From the NCBI GenBank assembly GCA_018657385.1, contig JABHXF010000034.1, positions 8,081 through 72,080 on the forward strand: a stretch of DNA of 64,000 bases, in the 5' to 3' direction. The position numbers and the translations under genes are program-made. This document shows, in pieces, positions 1 through 9,837 of the stretch (within the stretch, counting starts at the first letter, position 1; every line of letters starts with the position of its first letter). Under the pieces are notes generated by a model that did not search any database, was not told the DNA's origin, and worked only from the letters and a program-made list of their open reading frames with translations. The stretch is from Candidatus Woesearchaeota archaeon. GTDB taxonomy: Archaea > Nanobdellota > Nanobdellia > Woesearchaeales > DSVV01.

Positions 1-1
1 C

Positions 2-1756
2 AATCTCATCAAAGAAGATAATTGTTGGAGATGTTTGTCTAGCTTTTTTAAAGATCTTTCTAACAGCTTTTTCACTTTCACCAACCCATTTACTTAACAT
101 CTCAGGACCTTTTACAAGAATGAAATTTGCTTGTGATTCATTAGCAACTGCTTTTGCCAACATTGTCTTACCAGTTCCAGGTGCACCATATAACAATATC
201 CCACGAGGAGGTCTTACACCCAATCTCTTAAAAGATTCCGGATATTTTAATGGCCATTCAACTGCTTCTTTTAATTCCTGTTTAACATTATCTAAACCAC
301 CAACATCATTCCATTTAACATTAGGAATTTCTACTAAAACTTCTCTCATTGCACTTGGTCTTACAACTTTAAGTGCTTCTTTGAAATCATCCCTTGTAAT
401 TTTTAGTTTCTCTAAAACTTCCTTAGGTATGGCTTCACCTTCATCTAATGCTTTTATGTCTGGAAGAATTCTCCTTAAAACATTCATAGCTGCTTCTTTT
501 GCTAATGATGATAAATCTGCACCTACAAATCCATGTGTAATGTTTGCTAAATCCTTAAGATTAACATCTTTAGTTAACGGCATGTTTCTTGTATGAATTT
601 TTAAAATATTTAATCTTGATACCTTACTAGGAACACCAATTTCTACTTCCCTATCAAATCTTCCAGGTCTTCTTAATGCTTCATCAAGATCATCAGGTCT
701 ATTTGTTGCTGCAATAACAACAACTCTGCCTCTTGATTGTAGACCATCCATATTTGCTAAAAGCTGTGCAACTACACGACGTTCAACTTCTCCCTGAACT
801 TCTTCCCTTTTAGGAGCAATTGCATCGATTTCATCAAAAAAGATAATAGATGGAGCATTTTTTTCAGCATCTTCAAACTTCTTTCTTAAGTTTTGTTCAG
901 ACTGTCCATAAAATTTACTCATAATTTCTGGACCATTGATTAAAATAAAATGACTATCTGTTTCATTAGCTACTGCTTTTGCTAGCAAAGTTTTTCCAGT
1001 ACCTGGAGGACCATGTAATAATACACCTTTTGGTGGTTCAACACCAAGTCTTTCAAATACCTCAGGAAATTTCAATGGCAATTCTACCATTTCCCTAATT
1101 TTTTTGATTTCCTCATCTAGTCCACCAATATCTTCATATGTTACTTCTAAAACTTTTTCCTCTTTTAATTCAACAGCTTCTGGATTAAAAACAACTTCTG
1201 TATGTTCTGTAATAATAACAGCACATTTTGGATCTGCTGAAGCAACTATAAATTTTAAATCACTAAAACCAAATCCTGGACTGCTTTCATCTAACATAGA
1301 AAAAATATCATTAAAAAATGGACTATCACTCATAGTTGTTCTTCTTCTTCTGGTTCCACCTAAACTAACTATATCGCCTTTAGTAACCGCCCTTCCTAAT
1401 AATCCTTGTTTAAATATATTTGGAGATGCTCTAACTACAACTCCTTTCTGTGCTGGTGCAATTGTAACTTTTTTTGCTTCTTTAACTTCTGCTTTGTTAA
1501 CCTCAACAGTTTCACCAATACCAGTTTTTGCATTTCTTCTAATAATACCATCCATCCTAATAATGTTTAAACCAATATCACCTGGGTAAGCCCTGTCAAC
1601 AATACCTACTGTTTCACGCTCACCTTTGATTAAAACAATATCTCCTGGCCTAACACCAATTTGATGCATAAAACTAGAATCAACTCTAACAATACCTTTA
1701 CTTACATCATCTTGAATTGCCTCAGCAACTTTTAGTTTAATGGATTTTCCAGTCAC
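2..1756 (-). CDS. cdc48: CDC48/VCP (VAT) AAA+ ATPase, 3' end outside the window
   Basis: Not in the ORF track; read manually. GTG start at 1756 after AAGAGGT RBS. Begins [26 protein letters not shown]; D1 Walker [10 protein letters not shown], Walker B FFDEIDA, RRPGRFD; D2 YGAPGTGKT. Confidence 0.95.
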   Translation of the reverse strand, partial: MTGKSIKLKVAEAIQDDVSKGIVRVDSSFMHQIGVRPGDIVLIKGERETVGIVDRAYPGDIGLNIIRMDGIIRRNAKTGIGETVEVNKAEVKEAKKVTIAPAQKGVVVRASPNIFKQGLLGRAVTKGDIVSLGGTRRRRTTMSDSPFFNDIFSMLDESSPGFGFSDLKFIVASADPKCAVIITEHTEVVFNPEAVELKEEKVLEVTYEDIGGLDEEIKKIREMVELPLKFPEVFERLGVEPPKGVLLHGPPGTGKTLLAKAVANETDSHFILINGPEIMSKFYGQSEQNLRKKFEDAEKNAPSIIFFDEIDAIAPKREEVQGEVERRVVAQLLANMDGLQSRGRVVVIAATNRPDDLDEALRRPGRFDREVEIGVPSKVSRLNILKIHTRNMPLTKDVNLKDLANITHGFVGADLSSLAKEAAMNVLRRILPDIKALDEGEAIPKEVLEKLKITRDDFKEALKVVRPSAMREVLVEIPNVKWNDVGGLDNVKQELKEAVEWPLKYPESFKRLGVRPPRGILLYGAPGTGKTMLAKAVANESQANFILVKGPEMLSKWVGESEKAVRKIFKKARQTSPTIIFFDEI

Positions 1757-1881
1757 TTTAATTACCTCTTATTTGTTATTTAAATTATTTATTTAAACCA
1801 AACTATTCACTATATTTAATTATGGAAAGTTATAATAATTAAAATTATGTTTTGAATTTGTAATAAATGAAAAATAAAAAA

Positions 1882-2295
1882 TTATTTTGTTTCGACTTTA
1901 ACTTTTGGTAATGGAATTGGAGATGGTAAGTTAATATCTCTTGCTAAAATTAATGCTTGAATATTACACCGATCTAGAATTACATTTAATGTTTCAGTCA
2001 TTACATCTTTATGAACTTTCTTTTGATCTTTCCACATTTCAAAAATTTCTTTAATTCTTGATTTACTATCAATATAGATTAAATCACCAACTAATTCAAT
2101 AGTTCCAACTTCAGGTTCATAAGTAGAATTAAACTTGAAGATTACCTTTAAGCTTTCTTGTTCATCTTGACCAATTGAAAAGCTAGACTCTTCTACACCT
2201 TGAATTGATACATTATTTGAAACACTAATTTTACCTTTAGATGGTTTATTTCGTTCTACATTAAGTTTTTTAAAATTAAATCCGACAACAGTCAT
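1882..2295 (-). CDS. Conserved archaeal hypothetical protein, possibly SecB-like fold
   Basis: 137 aa, AGGTGA RBS, beta-rich N-half, C-terminal helix followed by LPSPIPLP. Confidence 0.7.
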   Translation of the reverse strand: MTVVGFNFKKLNVERNKPSKGKISVSNNVSIQGVEESSFSIGQDEQESLKVIFKFNSTYEPEVGTIELVGDLIYIDSKSRIKEIFEMWKDQKKVHKDVMTETLNVILDRCNIQALILARDINLPSPIPLPKVKVETK

Positions 2296-2585
2296 TTATA
2301 TCACCTTTTGTTAGGAGCTAAGATTTGTGGGCTTTGTCCTTAAAGCTTGTTTTTATTGCTCTTAAGTACATATTACTTATACCTAGTCCTTTTTACTTTA
2401 GATTCTGGAATAAACAAATATTTATAAAGGTTTTGGAACATATATTTATATCTAATAGTATAATAACAATAATATAACTATTGTAATAACTATAATTGCT
2501 TAGTATAATGAATTTAGTAAAGTAAGTTAATGAGTTTAATATGGTAAATTTAATATAATAAGTATAACATAATGAATGTAATATA

Positions 2586-2759
2586 ATGATTAGAAACATT
2601 AAAGCTGGTATTAAATCAAAAATAGATAAATGGAATTTACTTAAACCTATTCAAAAAAGGTTTTGGAAGTGTTTTATTCTTATCAAAATAGTAGTTATAA
2701 TTGTTGTAATAGGATTAGGTATATTATTTGCAATTAAATTTAAACAAAATATAGGGTAG
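2586..2759 (+). CDS. Small membrane protein (57 aa)
   Basis: Manually read ORF MIRNIKAGIKSKIDKWNLLKPIQKRFWKCFILIKIVVIIVVIGLGILFAIKFKQNIG with one hydrophobic helix. Confidence 0.4.
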   Translation: MIRNIKAGIKSKIDKWNLLKPIQKRFWKCFILIKIVVIIVVIGLGILFAIKFKQNIG

Positions 2760-2820
2760 ATTAAGTTTTGTAACCACTTTGATTAATGAATTAGATGATT
2801 AAAAAATAATATTCAAAAAA

Positions 2821-3336
2821 TTAACTTTTCTTAAATGAACTATTATGTTTTCCTAAAATAAACCAAACAAAATAAGGTAGAATAAAACATAACCCAAAAT
2901 AAAATACAACAGGATCAGGATTATAATTAAAAGTAATTGATTTTTTGATTATTTCAACTATTACATAAATAAATATAACATCTAATAAAGTTAATAAAGG
3001 AATTGTTAATAATGCAATTATATGATGTTGATGTTCTAAGTGTTCAATTTCTAAAATTAACCAATTGAAAACCATACCACAACCAAGCCCTGCAATTATT
3101 ACAACAATATAAATCCATGGTGTTGGGATTAATAACATCAAAGGTATTGTAAAAATAATAACAAGAAAATTTAATATTATTAAACCAAACATTAGATACC
3201 AAAACCCAGTAAAATGAAGTTTCTTTTTAATATGTGTATGATGTTCTTTGGGTTGATTAACTACATTAGAAGCATGCTTAATTTCATCCCATGTCCAACC
3301 CTTATTGAATAATCTCTTTTTTCTGTCTACATCCAT
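2821..3336 (-). CDS. Hypothetical multi-pass membrane protein
   Basis: 171 aa, about 4 hydrophobic segments, N-terminal KGWTWDEI motif. Confidence 0.75.
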   Translation of the reverse strand: MDVDRKKRLFNKGWTWDEIKHASNVVNQPKEHHTHIKKKLHFTGFWYLMFGLIILNFLVIIFTIPLMLLIPTPWIYIVVIIAGLGCGMVFNWLILEIEHLEHQHHIIALLTIPLLTLLDVIFIYVIVEIIKKSITFNYNPDPVVFYFGLCFILPYFVWFILGKHNSSFKKS

Positions 3337-3431
3337 TTTAAACCAACGACATAAATTACTTTGTTGAAGTTATTATATTTATAAAAATAATTCAAACAAA
3401 TTATAGAGATACTTCAAACAAATTTAGTAAA

Positions 3432-4193
3432 TTAATACAAGTGTGTAGTATCAATATCCTTAGAATCTAATGGAATATTACCTTTATATGTTTTTCCTAA
3501 AATGTCAGCTGCAATTTTTTTAAACTCTAAACTGCCATCTCTATCTGGAAAAGCAAAAACAAATGGATTTTTATAATATAATGATGTTAAAAAATGTTTA
3601 TCCTCTGGAATTGCACCTAATATCTTTGTTTCTAAAAATTGTTTAATATTGTCTAGGCTCATCTCATAATCTTGATCTGTTTTTTTATTAATAACAACAC
3701 CATATAATTTTCTTTTGATATCTTTAATCATGTGTAATGTTTTTAATGTATCAGTTACTGCAATTAAATCAGGAGTTGTTATAATAATTACTGCATCAAC
3801 TGCCAACATGATTTTAATAACTTCATCACCTAAACCAGGAGGGCAATCAACAATAACATGATCAGGACCTTTTAGATTGTAAAATAAAGATTGTAAATTT
3901 TCATATTCCATATTTTTAATATCTTCATAAGAAATACTCCCAGGAATTACTTCTAAACCAGACGAATGTGTATGAATTGCTTCAGTAATTGGATAACAAC
4001 TATTCATTGCTCCTTGTAAATTTTTAACTGCTGGTGGAACACCTAAGCTGGTCCCAACATTTGCACTTGTAAAGTCACAATCAACTAACAAGGTATTAGC
4101 ACCAAAATGATTAAGTGCTAAAGCTAAATTAATAGAAGATGTTGTTTTACCCACTCCACCCTTTGCTGATATCACAGCTATGAATTCAGTCAT
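3432..4193 (-). CDS. minD: MinD/ParA-family ATPase
   Basis: Deviant Walker A SAKGGVGKTT, VDCD, DCPPG, GVVINK, IPED. Confidence 0.85.
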   Translation of the reverse strand: MTEFIAVISAKGGVGKTTSSINLALALNHFGANTLLVDCDFTSANVGTSLGVPPAVKNLQGAMNSCYPITEAIHTHSSGLEVIPGSISYEDIKNMEYENLQSLFYNLKGPDHVIVDCPPGLGDEVIKIMLAVDAVIIITTPDLIAVTDTLKTLHMIKDIKRKLYGVVINKKTDQDYEMSLDNIKQFLETKILGAIPEDKHFLTSLYYKNPFVFAFPDRDGSLEFKKIAADILGKTYKGNIPLDSKDIDTTHLY

Positions 4194-4305
4194 TTTTTGT
4201 CACAATATTTAATTGTTTAACTAATTTGAATATATTATTTGAATAATATAAAGTTATGTTGTATTTACCACTACACATCTTTTTTATTTCACATATTAGA
4301 ATATT

Positions 4306-4761
4306 TTACTTTTTTGTTAAAAGTTCTAAAATTTTATTAGCTTTCCTATAATATTCAGTTACAACATCAATACTTACTTCAACATTTCCTTCATCTTCAG
4401 TATGTGCAATTAGTGCAACATGTCTCCTAAATTCATTAATTCTGTCATATTCAGCTCTGTTAATCTTTCTTAGAAGCAGATAAAAATCAATTAATTCATC
4501 ATATTTGCCAGGATCTAGTTCTTTTAATATTTTACATTTCTTAATAGGAGCAGGAGGCATTTCTGTGATTCTCTTAGTTTCTAATGCATCATGAAGAGCA
4601 CCATTAATAATACAATCAAATGAATTAATTAGCCTTGTAAGAATATTCTTTAGAACATCTACTGTTCTAGTGTATTTTAAACTTACGAAAATCAAGTGAT
4701 CTACTCTTTTAAGCTCTTCACTTGATTCACCTAAATAATCTCCTTCTTCATATTCTATCAT
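4306..4761 (-). CDS. Hypothetical helical protein (HEPN-like)
   Basis: ELKRVDHLIFVSLKY motif; ATG 4761 preferred over TTG 4776; resembles the adjacent gene. Confidence 0.7.
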   Translation of the reverse strand: MIEYEEGDYLGESSEELKRVDHLIFVSLKYTRTVDVLKNILTRLINSFDCIINGALHDALETKRITEMPPAPIKKCKILKELDPGKYDELIDFYLLLRKINRAEYDRINEFRRHVALIAHTEDEGNVEVSIDVVTEYYRKANKILELLTKK

Positions 4762-4777
4762 TATAATCCCCAACAAT

Positions 4778-5242
4778 CTATGTAATCATACTTTCAGCAT
4801 CTCTTATAAAAACCTTTGTTTTTTCTATGTATAATTTAAGCGAATCCTTACTCAAAACCTTTATTTTATAATCTGAAGAGCAGATTACATAGCTGCCTTT
4901 CCTTGCAAAGCTTACTGGTCCTTCTTTTTGCTCTTTTAAGGTTGAGTGCACATCCTGTATAAGTTCTATATAACTAGTATTTAAATTATACCTTCTAAAC
5001 GCTCTCATCTTGAATATGTTAAACATTTCACTAAAAGATTCCTGAAAAGGTGGAATCTTCTTGTAATATAATTCATAATACAATATAGCTGATATTGTAT
5101 TGTTTAAAGCGCTAAAAAGCTTTTTAAGTACTAATAAAAGCAATTTAGGATCATTTACTACATTATGAGTGATATTTAACATATGGTCTGCTATCTGCAA
5201 ACTCTTTTTTGCATTATCCAGCTTATCTAAATAATCAACCAT
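4778..5242 (-). CDS. Hypothetical helical protein (HEPN-like)
   Basis: AKKSLQIADHMLNIT...DPKLLL, ending KTKVFIRDAE; helical pattern typical of HEPN-like bundles. Confidence 0.7.
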   Translation of the reverse strand: MVDYLDKLDNAKKSLQIADHMLNITHNVVNDPKLLLLVLKKLFSALNNTISAILYYELYYKKIPPFQESFSEMFNIFKMRAFRRYNLNTSYIELIQDVHSTLKEQKEGPVSFARKGSYVICSSDYKIKVLSKDSLKLYIEKTKVFIRDAESMIT

Positions 5243-5363
5243 ACATTATAGTATATATGTCAGCAGACTATTTAAAGTTTTTGCTATTTTCTATATTAGA
5301 GTGGTAAAAGAAGATTTTGGTGGGATATTATTAAAAATAACAACAATGGTCAGTCTAAGTTTT

Positions 5364-5450
5364 AAATCCAACAATATGGCTGGATGAGCCGAAGGCGAAT
5401 AGGATATTTGCTTGCAAATGTCCGTCCGTGCCTGTGTTGTTGTTGGATTT
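5364..5450 (+). repeat. Structured repeat, copy 1 (three-way-junction hairpin)
   Basis: AAATCCAACAA/TTGTTGGATTT outer stem; inner GCC-GAA-GGC and GGATATTTGC-TT-GCAAATGTCC hairpins; related copy at 7532-7617. Confidence 0.75.
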
Positions 5451-5485
5451 GTTATTAAGATATTAAAAAGAGAGAAGAATCAGAA

Positions 5486-5514
5486 CAAAAAAGAGCCTGC
5501 CGGCCTGTTAAAAA
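5486..5514 (-). terminator. Hairpin plus U-tract terminator-like element, copy 1
   Basis: Minus strand AACAGGCCGGCAGGCTCTTTTTT about 30 nt after the stop of 5543..7348; same core at 7675-7702. Confidence 0.5.
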
Positions 5515-5542
5515 TTAAAAAAAATAAGAAAAAAAGAAAAAA

Positions 5543-7348
5543 CTAATTGCATGCATAGTTGTTTGGGTTGTAACAAATCGCTCCCTCTGGACATGTTAGT
5601 TCATAAACAGTTGGATAACCAGAACTCCATTTAGTACCCCATGAATATTCAGTACATGAATGTTGTTTATACTTAGGATTCCCATTATACACATTAGAAC
5701 AAATATATATTATATCACCCTCTTCACAATCATCATGACAATTACCATTATCAACAGAACAAATTTTAGGCATACCTGTTGGGGAAGACATTTTTGAACA
5801 CTCAACAATACTATTCATTTCTTCACCAGTACATGAATTAACTGACATATTGACTTGATCTAAGATCCCATCACCTGTTGCATCAATACATTTTGGTTCA
5901 CTTGTAGAAAGAGGCTTACAACAACCCTTATTTTCATCACAATCAATAGGTTCAAAGTTATATTGACCATCATAAGAAACTAAAAAGTCACCACAATAGT
6001 CTTCAGTATCATAAGTACCACCATTACAATTCCAATCCCAAAGTGACCCATATGCTGTTCCTTTCCAAGCTAATGAATTCCACTTAGAAATACATTCACC
6101 AGGTCCTGTAGGACTGAACTTACCAGGTGTACACTCAAATCCATCTAATGGTTCATTTTCTCCTGCTCCACCACCTGGTTGATTTAATGCCACATGTTGA
6201 CCAGCAGCATCTATAAAGAAATGTTGTGGATCAGCAAGATTATCCCAAGTAATCTTTGAAGGACAATCTGGATTAACTTCAGGTAAACTTTGTGCCATAG
6301 GACAAATATAAAATTCACTTGGCATTTTGAATGTTTTTGTTGCAGTACCTGGAACTTCTTCAATAGCTAAAACTTTGATTTGTTCACCATCAACTTCAAC
6401 TTCAACTCCTGTTATTCCCTGATCATTATTAAACTCAACAACAACTTCTTCCTCAGGACTTAACTCAATTTCAACTTCAACTTGATTTCCTTCTTCTGTA
6501 ACTTCAATTTCAGCTTCTTCTTCTTCACCATTTTCATTAACTACAACAATATCATCTTCTGTTATTGCAGGAGCAGTACAGCCCTTACCAAAACCTTCAA
6601 CACATACCTCAGGTGAATTACATTTTCCCCAAACTCCTTTTGCAGAAAGTGCACCATTTACACAAGAATAAACTCTAGGAGAACCACTAGCTGAACATTG
6701 ATTATAATCTTCATCACAAGCAACTTTACAATTTGCTTCTCCTGGTTCACCAACACAACTTCTGCTTAATCCATTGTAAGGATTTTTTTGAGCAGCACAA
6801 TTAGATTTTCCACCACCTTGTGCTTTATATAAATCATTACTATCACAATAAGGATATTCTTGTACCTCATCACTACCCATATTGACACATGCATCATTTA
6901 AACATCGATAATCAGCACCAGGATTATTGATATTAAGTTCGGCACAATTCTTTTGCCATCTTCCCACCTTACCATTATTCCTACAGAAGTATTCAAACAA
7001 ATAAGTTTTCCCACTGCTAAATGTATAACACTTATCTAATCTTGATTTTCCTTTATATGTAATTTTTCCTTTAATAAGCAATTGCTTTGGATCTTTTGTA
7101 GAATCTGCATCTTCATCATGACATTTACCTACAGTAAATGCTTGCCCAGATAAATCACCCGCAGCTTCATCATTATCAAATGGAATGTCTTCTTCTAATG
7201 CAAATTCTTCATCAGTAAGAATTTCTGCATCATCTCCAGATTCATCTGTAACTAATTTAGTACAACCATCAAACATTACAACTAAACCAAATAAAATCAT
7301 TAATGTTACTAATACTACTAAATACATAGAATGCTTATGTTTAACCAT
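5543..7348 (-). CDS. Cys-rich secreted or membrane-anchored surface protein
   Basis: 601 aa, N-terminal TM helix, acidic linkers, many short Cys-rich modules; AGGTGA RBS. Confidence 0.8.
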   Translation of the reverse strand: MVKHKHSMYLVVLVTLMILFGLVVMFDGCTKLVTDESGDDAEILTDEEFALEEDIPFDNDEAAGDLSGQAFTVGKCHDEDADSTKDPKQLLIKGKITYKGKSRLDKCYTFSSGKTYLFEYFCRNNGKVGRWQKNCAELNINNPGADYRCLNDACVNMGSDEVQEYPYCDSNDLYKAQGGGKSNCAAQKNPYNGLSRSCVGEPGEANCKVACDEDYNQCSASGSPRVYSCVNGALSAKGVWGKCNSPEVCVEGFGKGCTAPAITEDDIVVVNENGEEEEAEIEVTEEGNQVEVEIELSPEEEVVVEFNNDQGITGVEVEVDGEQIKVLAIEEVPGTATKTFKMPSEFYICPMAQSLPEVNPDCPSKITWDNLADPQHFFIDAAGQHVALNQPGGGAGENEPLDGFECTPGKFSPTGPGECISKWNSLAWKGTAYGSLWDWNCNGGTYDTEDYCGDFLVSYDGQYNFEPIDCDENKGCCKPLSTSEPKCIDATGDGILDQVNMSVNSCTGEEMNSIVECSKMSSPTGMPKICSVDNGNCHDDCEEGDIIYICSNVYNGNPKYKQHSCTEYSWGTKWSSGYPTVYELTCPEGAICYNPNNYACN

Positions 7349-7479
7349 CTTATCACCTTTTTTATTTTAATAATTATAGATTATAGTTAATCTAATGTTA
7401 ATTCTTATATGTTATTATATATAAATGTTACCATGAATTTAAAAAAATAAAAGATACTAAAATATTCAAGGAGAAAATT

Positions 7480-7617
7480 AAATCCAACAACATGGCTGGA
7501 TGAGCCTAAAGTGAATTGGACATTGGAATAAGAAAAAACAACTTGGCCAGGCGAGGCGTTAGCCGAGTAGGATATTTGCTTGCAAATGTCCGTCTGTGCC
7601 AGGGTTGTTGTTTTTTC
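7480..7617 (+). repeat. Structured repeat: truncated copy (7480-7525) plus full copy 2 (7532-7617)
   Basis: AAATCCAACAACATGGCTGGATGAGCC repeats the 5' end of copy 1; the full copy shares GGATATTTGCTTGCAAATGTCCGTC with pairing-preserving changes elsewhere. Confidence 0.75.
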
Positions 7618-7674
7618 ATATGTATCATTTAACCTAAAAAATTAAAACCCTTATGATTAAATTAAAAATCACAG

Positions 7675-7702
7675 CAAAAAGAGCCTGCCGGCCTGTTAAA
7701 AA
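7675..7702 (-). terminator. Hairpin plus U-tract terminator-like element, copy 2
   Basis: AAAAAGAGCCTGCCGGCCTGTTAAAAA identical to the core at 5486-5514; just after the stop of 7714..8145. Confidence 0.5.
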
Positions 7703-7713
7703 AAAACAAAGAA

Positions 7714-8145
7714 TTACTTATACTCTTCAACACTTTCAAACAAAGTCATTAAACCTTGTTTTAATGCAGAATGTTCTGTTATTTTACTATGAGTAAAAGG
7801 ATAAATTATCCATTTTTTCTCAGTTGAAGAATTTGGATTTACAAAATATATACATAACATTGGCAATTCTGAAAGTTTTTTCCAAGAATTAATAATAATA
7901 TCAAAATTAGGTTTAGTATTAAAAGTTACAATACAAATTTGTTTGTCTTTGTAATCATCTAATAATTTATCAACAACATCAAGATGAGGTAAGATTGCAA
8001 AATATTGTGTATTTTCCTTTTGTTCAACTATAAGAATACCATCTTTTTCCTTAATATCTACAATTTTTTTATAAAAAAGATCCTTATGCTTAAGAAAAAG
8101 TATAAGCCATTCTTTTAATTCATCAAAATTCTTATCTTTTGCCAA
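7714..8145 (-). CDS. Hypothetical protein
   Basis: 143 aa, TTG start preceded by AGGTGA RBS; FVNP and KWIIYPFTH motifs. Confidence 0.75.
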   Translation of the reverse strand: MAKDKNFDELKEWLILFLKHKDLFYKKIVDIKEKDGILIVEQKENTQYFAILPHLDVVDKLLDDYKDKQICIVTFNTKPNFDIIINSWKKLSELPMLCIYFVNPNSSTEKKWIIYPFTHSKITEHSALKQGLMTLFESVEEYK

Positions 8146-8296
8146 AAAATCACCTTTTTAGAATAAAGGATATAACAGATTTAAATATTTTTTGAGAAGA
8201 GTAGTAATCTAATTTGTTTTTTATCAAAAAAATAGAACCACTAAAAATATAATCTTAACACAATATTTATAAATCTAAAACCATTAATCCTATAAT

Positions 8297-8881
8297 ATGG
8301 CAGATATTGGAACAATTAATGAAAGTTTGTTAACATCAACAGATAGGACTGCTTATTTATACTCTAAAGTACAACCAATATTTACAGAAATTGTTGTAGC
8401 TGTAATCATATTATTAATTGGTTTAATCATTGGTAAAATCCTTGGAAGAGTTGTTCAAAAGCTATTAAATAGCCTAGAATTAAACAAACTAATTAGAAAA
8501 TCCACTGGAATGAGAGTCAGGATAGAAGAGTTTTTTGCAAAAATCACTAGTTATTTTATATTCTTTATTGCTATAATTATGGCATTAGATGTACTTAATC
8601 TAACATCATCAATAATTTACATTGTATCAATTATGATAATTGCAATTATTGTAATATCAATTGCAATAAGTATTAAAGATTTTATTCCAAATATGATTGC
8701 AGGTCTTTACATCCATAAAAAAAATATGTTTAAAGAAGGCAAAAAAATTAAAATTGATGGATTAGAAGGAACAATTGAACAAATTAATTTGACTGAAATA
8801 AAATTAATTACAAAAAAAGGAGATATTGTATTTATCCCTAATTCTTTATTAACAAAAAAAGAAGTTGTTGTTAAAAAATAA
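8297..8881 (+). CDS. Small-conductance mechanosensitive channel (MscS family)
   Basis: 3 TM helices, KDFIPNMIAG, FKEGKKIKIDGLEGTIEQI, IPNSLL; TTTATAAA TATA box upstream. Confidence 0.88.
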   Translation: MADIGTINESLLTSTDRTAYLYSKVQPIFTEIVVAVIILLIGLIIGKILGRVVQKLLNSLELNKLIRKSTGMRVRIEEFFAKITSYFIFFIAIIMALDVLNLTSSIIYIVSIMIIAIIVISIAISIKDFIPNMIAGLYIHKKNMFKEGKKIKIDGLEGTIEQINLTEIKLITKKGDIVFIPNSLLTKKEVVVKK

Positions 8882-8884
8882 TTA

Positions 8885-9011
8885 AAAGTTTTGAGTAAGT
8901 AGTTCTTGGTCTTGAGTTGGTTAGTAGTAAGTAGTTATGTGTATCACCCCTTGTACTCAAAACTGATTTTCTCAGAACCCTCTCACAACTCATTACCCAA
9001 AACTCAGAACT
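8885..9011. repeat. Imperfect palindromic element of about 9-nt units (MITE-like), copy A
   Basis: GTTTTGAGT-type units on the left arm, ACTCAAAAC-type on the right; GTCTTGAGTTGGTTA matches the reverse complement of copy C. Confidence 0.6.
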
Positions 9012-9028
9012 AAATAATTAAGAAAGTA

Positions 9029-9274
9029 TTAACAAGATTCTAAAGCACTAACGAGATTCCAAATTTGAGACCTTGTATAAGGTTCCATATTTGCATCATC
9101 ACCAATTTCTTCTAACTCATCTAAGGCTTTGTTAATCTTAATACTGATATCTTGTTTTTCTTGAAGAGCTTTCATAGCATTATCTATTCTAGCTTTAACA
9201 TTTCTTGGAACAACTTGATCATCTAAGAGTTCTTTCATTACATCAATGATGTTATTGATTTTTTCATCACTCAT
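9029..9274 (-). CDS. UPF0147 family protein
   Basis: DQVVPRNVK...DDANMEPYTRSQIWNLVSALES signature. Confidence 0.9.
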   Translation of the reverse strand: MSDEKINNIIDVMKELLDDQVVPRNVKARIDNAMKALQEKQDISIKINKALDELEEIGDDANMEPYTRSQIWNLVSALESC

Positions 9275-9594
9275 TTTTTATCTGCCTTTTCCATTTCTTC
9301 CATTACTTCTTTTCTTAATGTTTCTGCAGTTTCCTTCATTGTTGTTTCTTGTTTTTCAAAAGTTTTGATTCTTAACTCTGTTCTTTCTTTCTTTTCTTTT
9401 AAATCTTTATTTAAATCTTCTTTAGAAACCTTAACCATAATATTTCCAACAATCTTATAAGCATCTTCTGTTTTTTCTAATTCTTCTAGTGCTGAATCAA
9501 TCTCAACAATTTGACCTTGAACTTGTTGTCTTTGAGAAAGAATTTGTTGTAAATTTTGTTCTATCATTTGTAATTTATTTATTTTTTCAGACAT
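9271..9594 (-). CDS. pfdB: Prefoldin beta subunit
   Basis: Coiled coil, AYKIVGNIMVK hairpin, coiled coil; conserved gene context. Confidence 0.92.
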   Translation of the reverse strand: MSEKINKLQMIEQNLQQILSQRQQVQGQIVEIDSALEELEKTEDAYKIVGNIMVKVSKEDLNKDLKEKKERTELRIKTFEKQETTMKETAETLRKEVMEEMEKADKK

Positions 9595-9606
9595 TTTTAC
9601 TCACCT

Positions 9607-9825
9607 TTAAGTTTTCTCATATACTGTAAAAAGTTTTGTAAGGTTATTCAAAGTAGCTCTTAAAGCAACAGAATCCTTTGCAATAATCTTAATTTTTAAT
9701 TTACCATCAAATTTTTGAATAGTAAATTCACTTCTATTTTTTTTGCTGTTAGATATCTCAGGCATCAAAGCTTTGTAAAGCTTTTCAACATCACCTTTAA
9801 TTACCAACTCGCCCTTGTAATCCAT
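9607..9825 (-). CDS. pcc1: KEOPS complex subunit Pcc1
   Basis: ALMPE...RS...IIAKDSVALRATLN motif; lies between rpo12 and pfdB. Confidence 0.88.
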   Translation of the reverse strand: MDYKGELVIKGDVEKLYKALMPEISNSKKNRSEFTIQKFDGKLKIKIIAKDSVALRATLNNLTKLFTVYEKT

Positions 9826-9837
9826 TTTATTAAATAA

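Noticed and set aside
120-1589. Plus-strand ORFs 120..596 and 1104..1589, and similar short antisense ORFs across the track
   Set aside because: They are shadows of well-supported genes on the opposite strand (here cdc48), with no motifs or RBS.
5364-5450. Hammerhead ribozyme (TGGATGA-stem-GAA-stem-GTC resemblance)
   Set aside because: The core deviates from CUGANGA/GAAA, and copy 2 (CAGGCGA, GAGTA) breaks invariant positions while preserving a different pairing.
5364-7617. Integron attC sites (ATCCAAC...GTTGGAT fits RYYYAAC/GTTRRRY)
   Set aside because: Only copy 1 fits, the structure is branched, and no integron integrase is present. Not fully excluded without an attC covariance-model scan.
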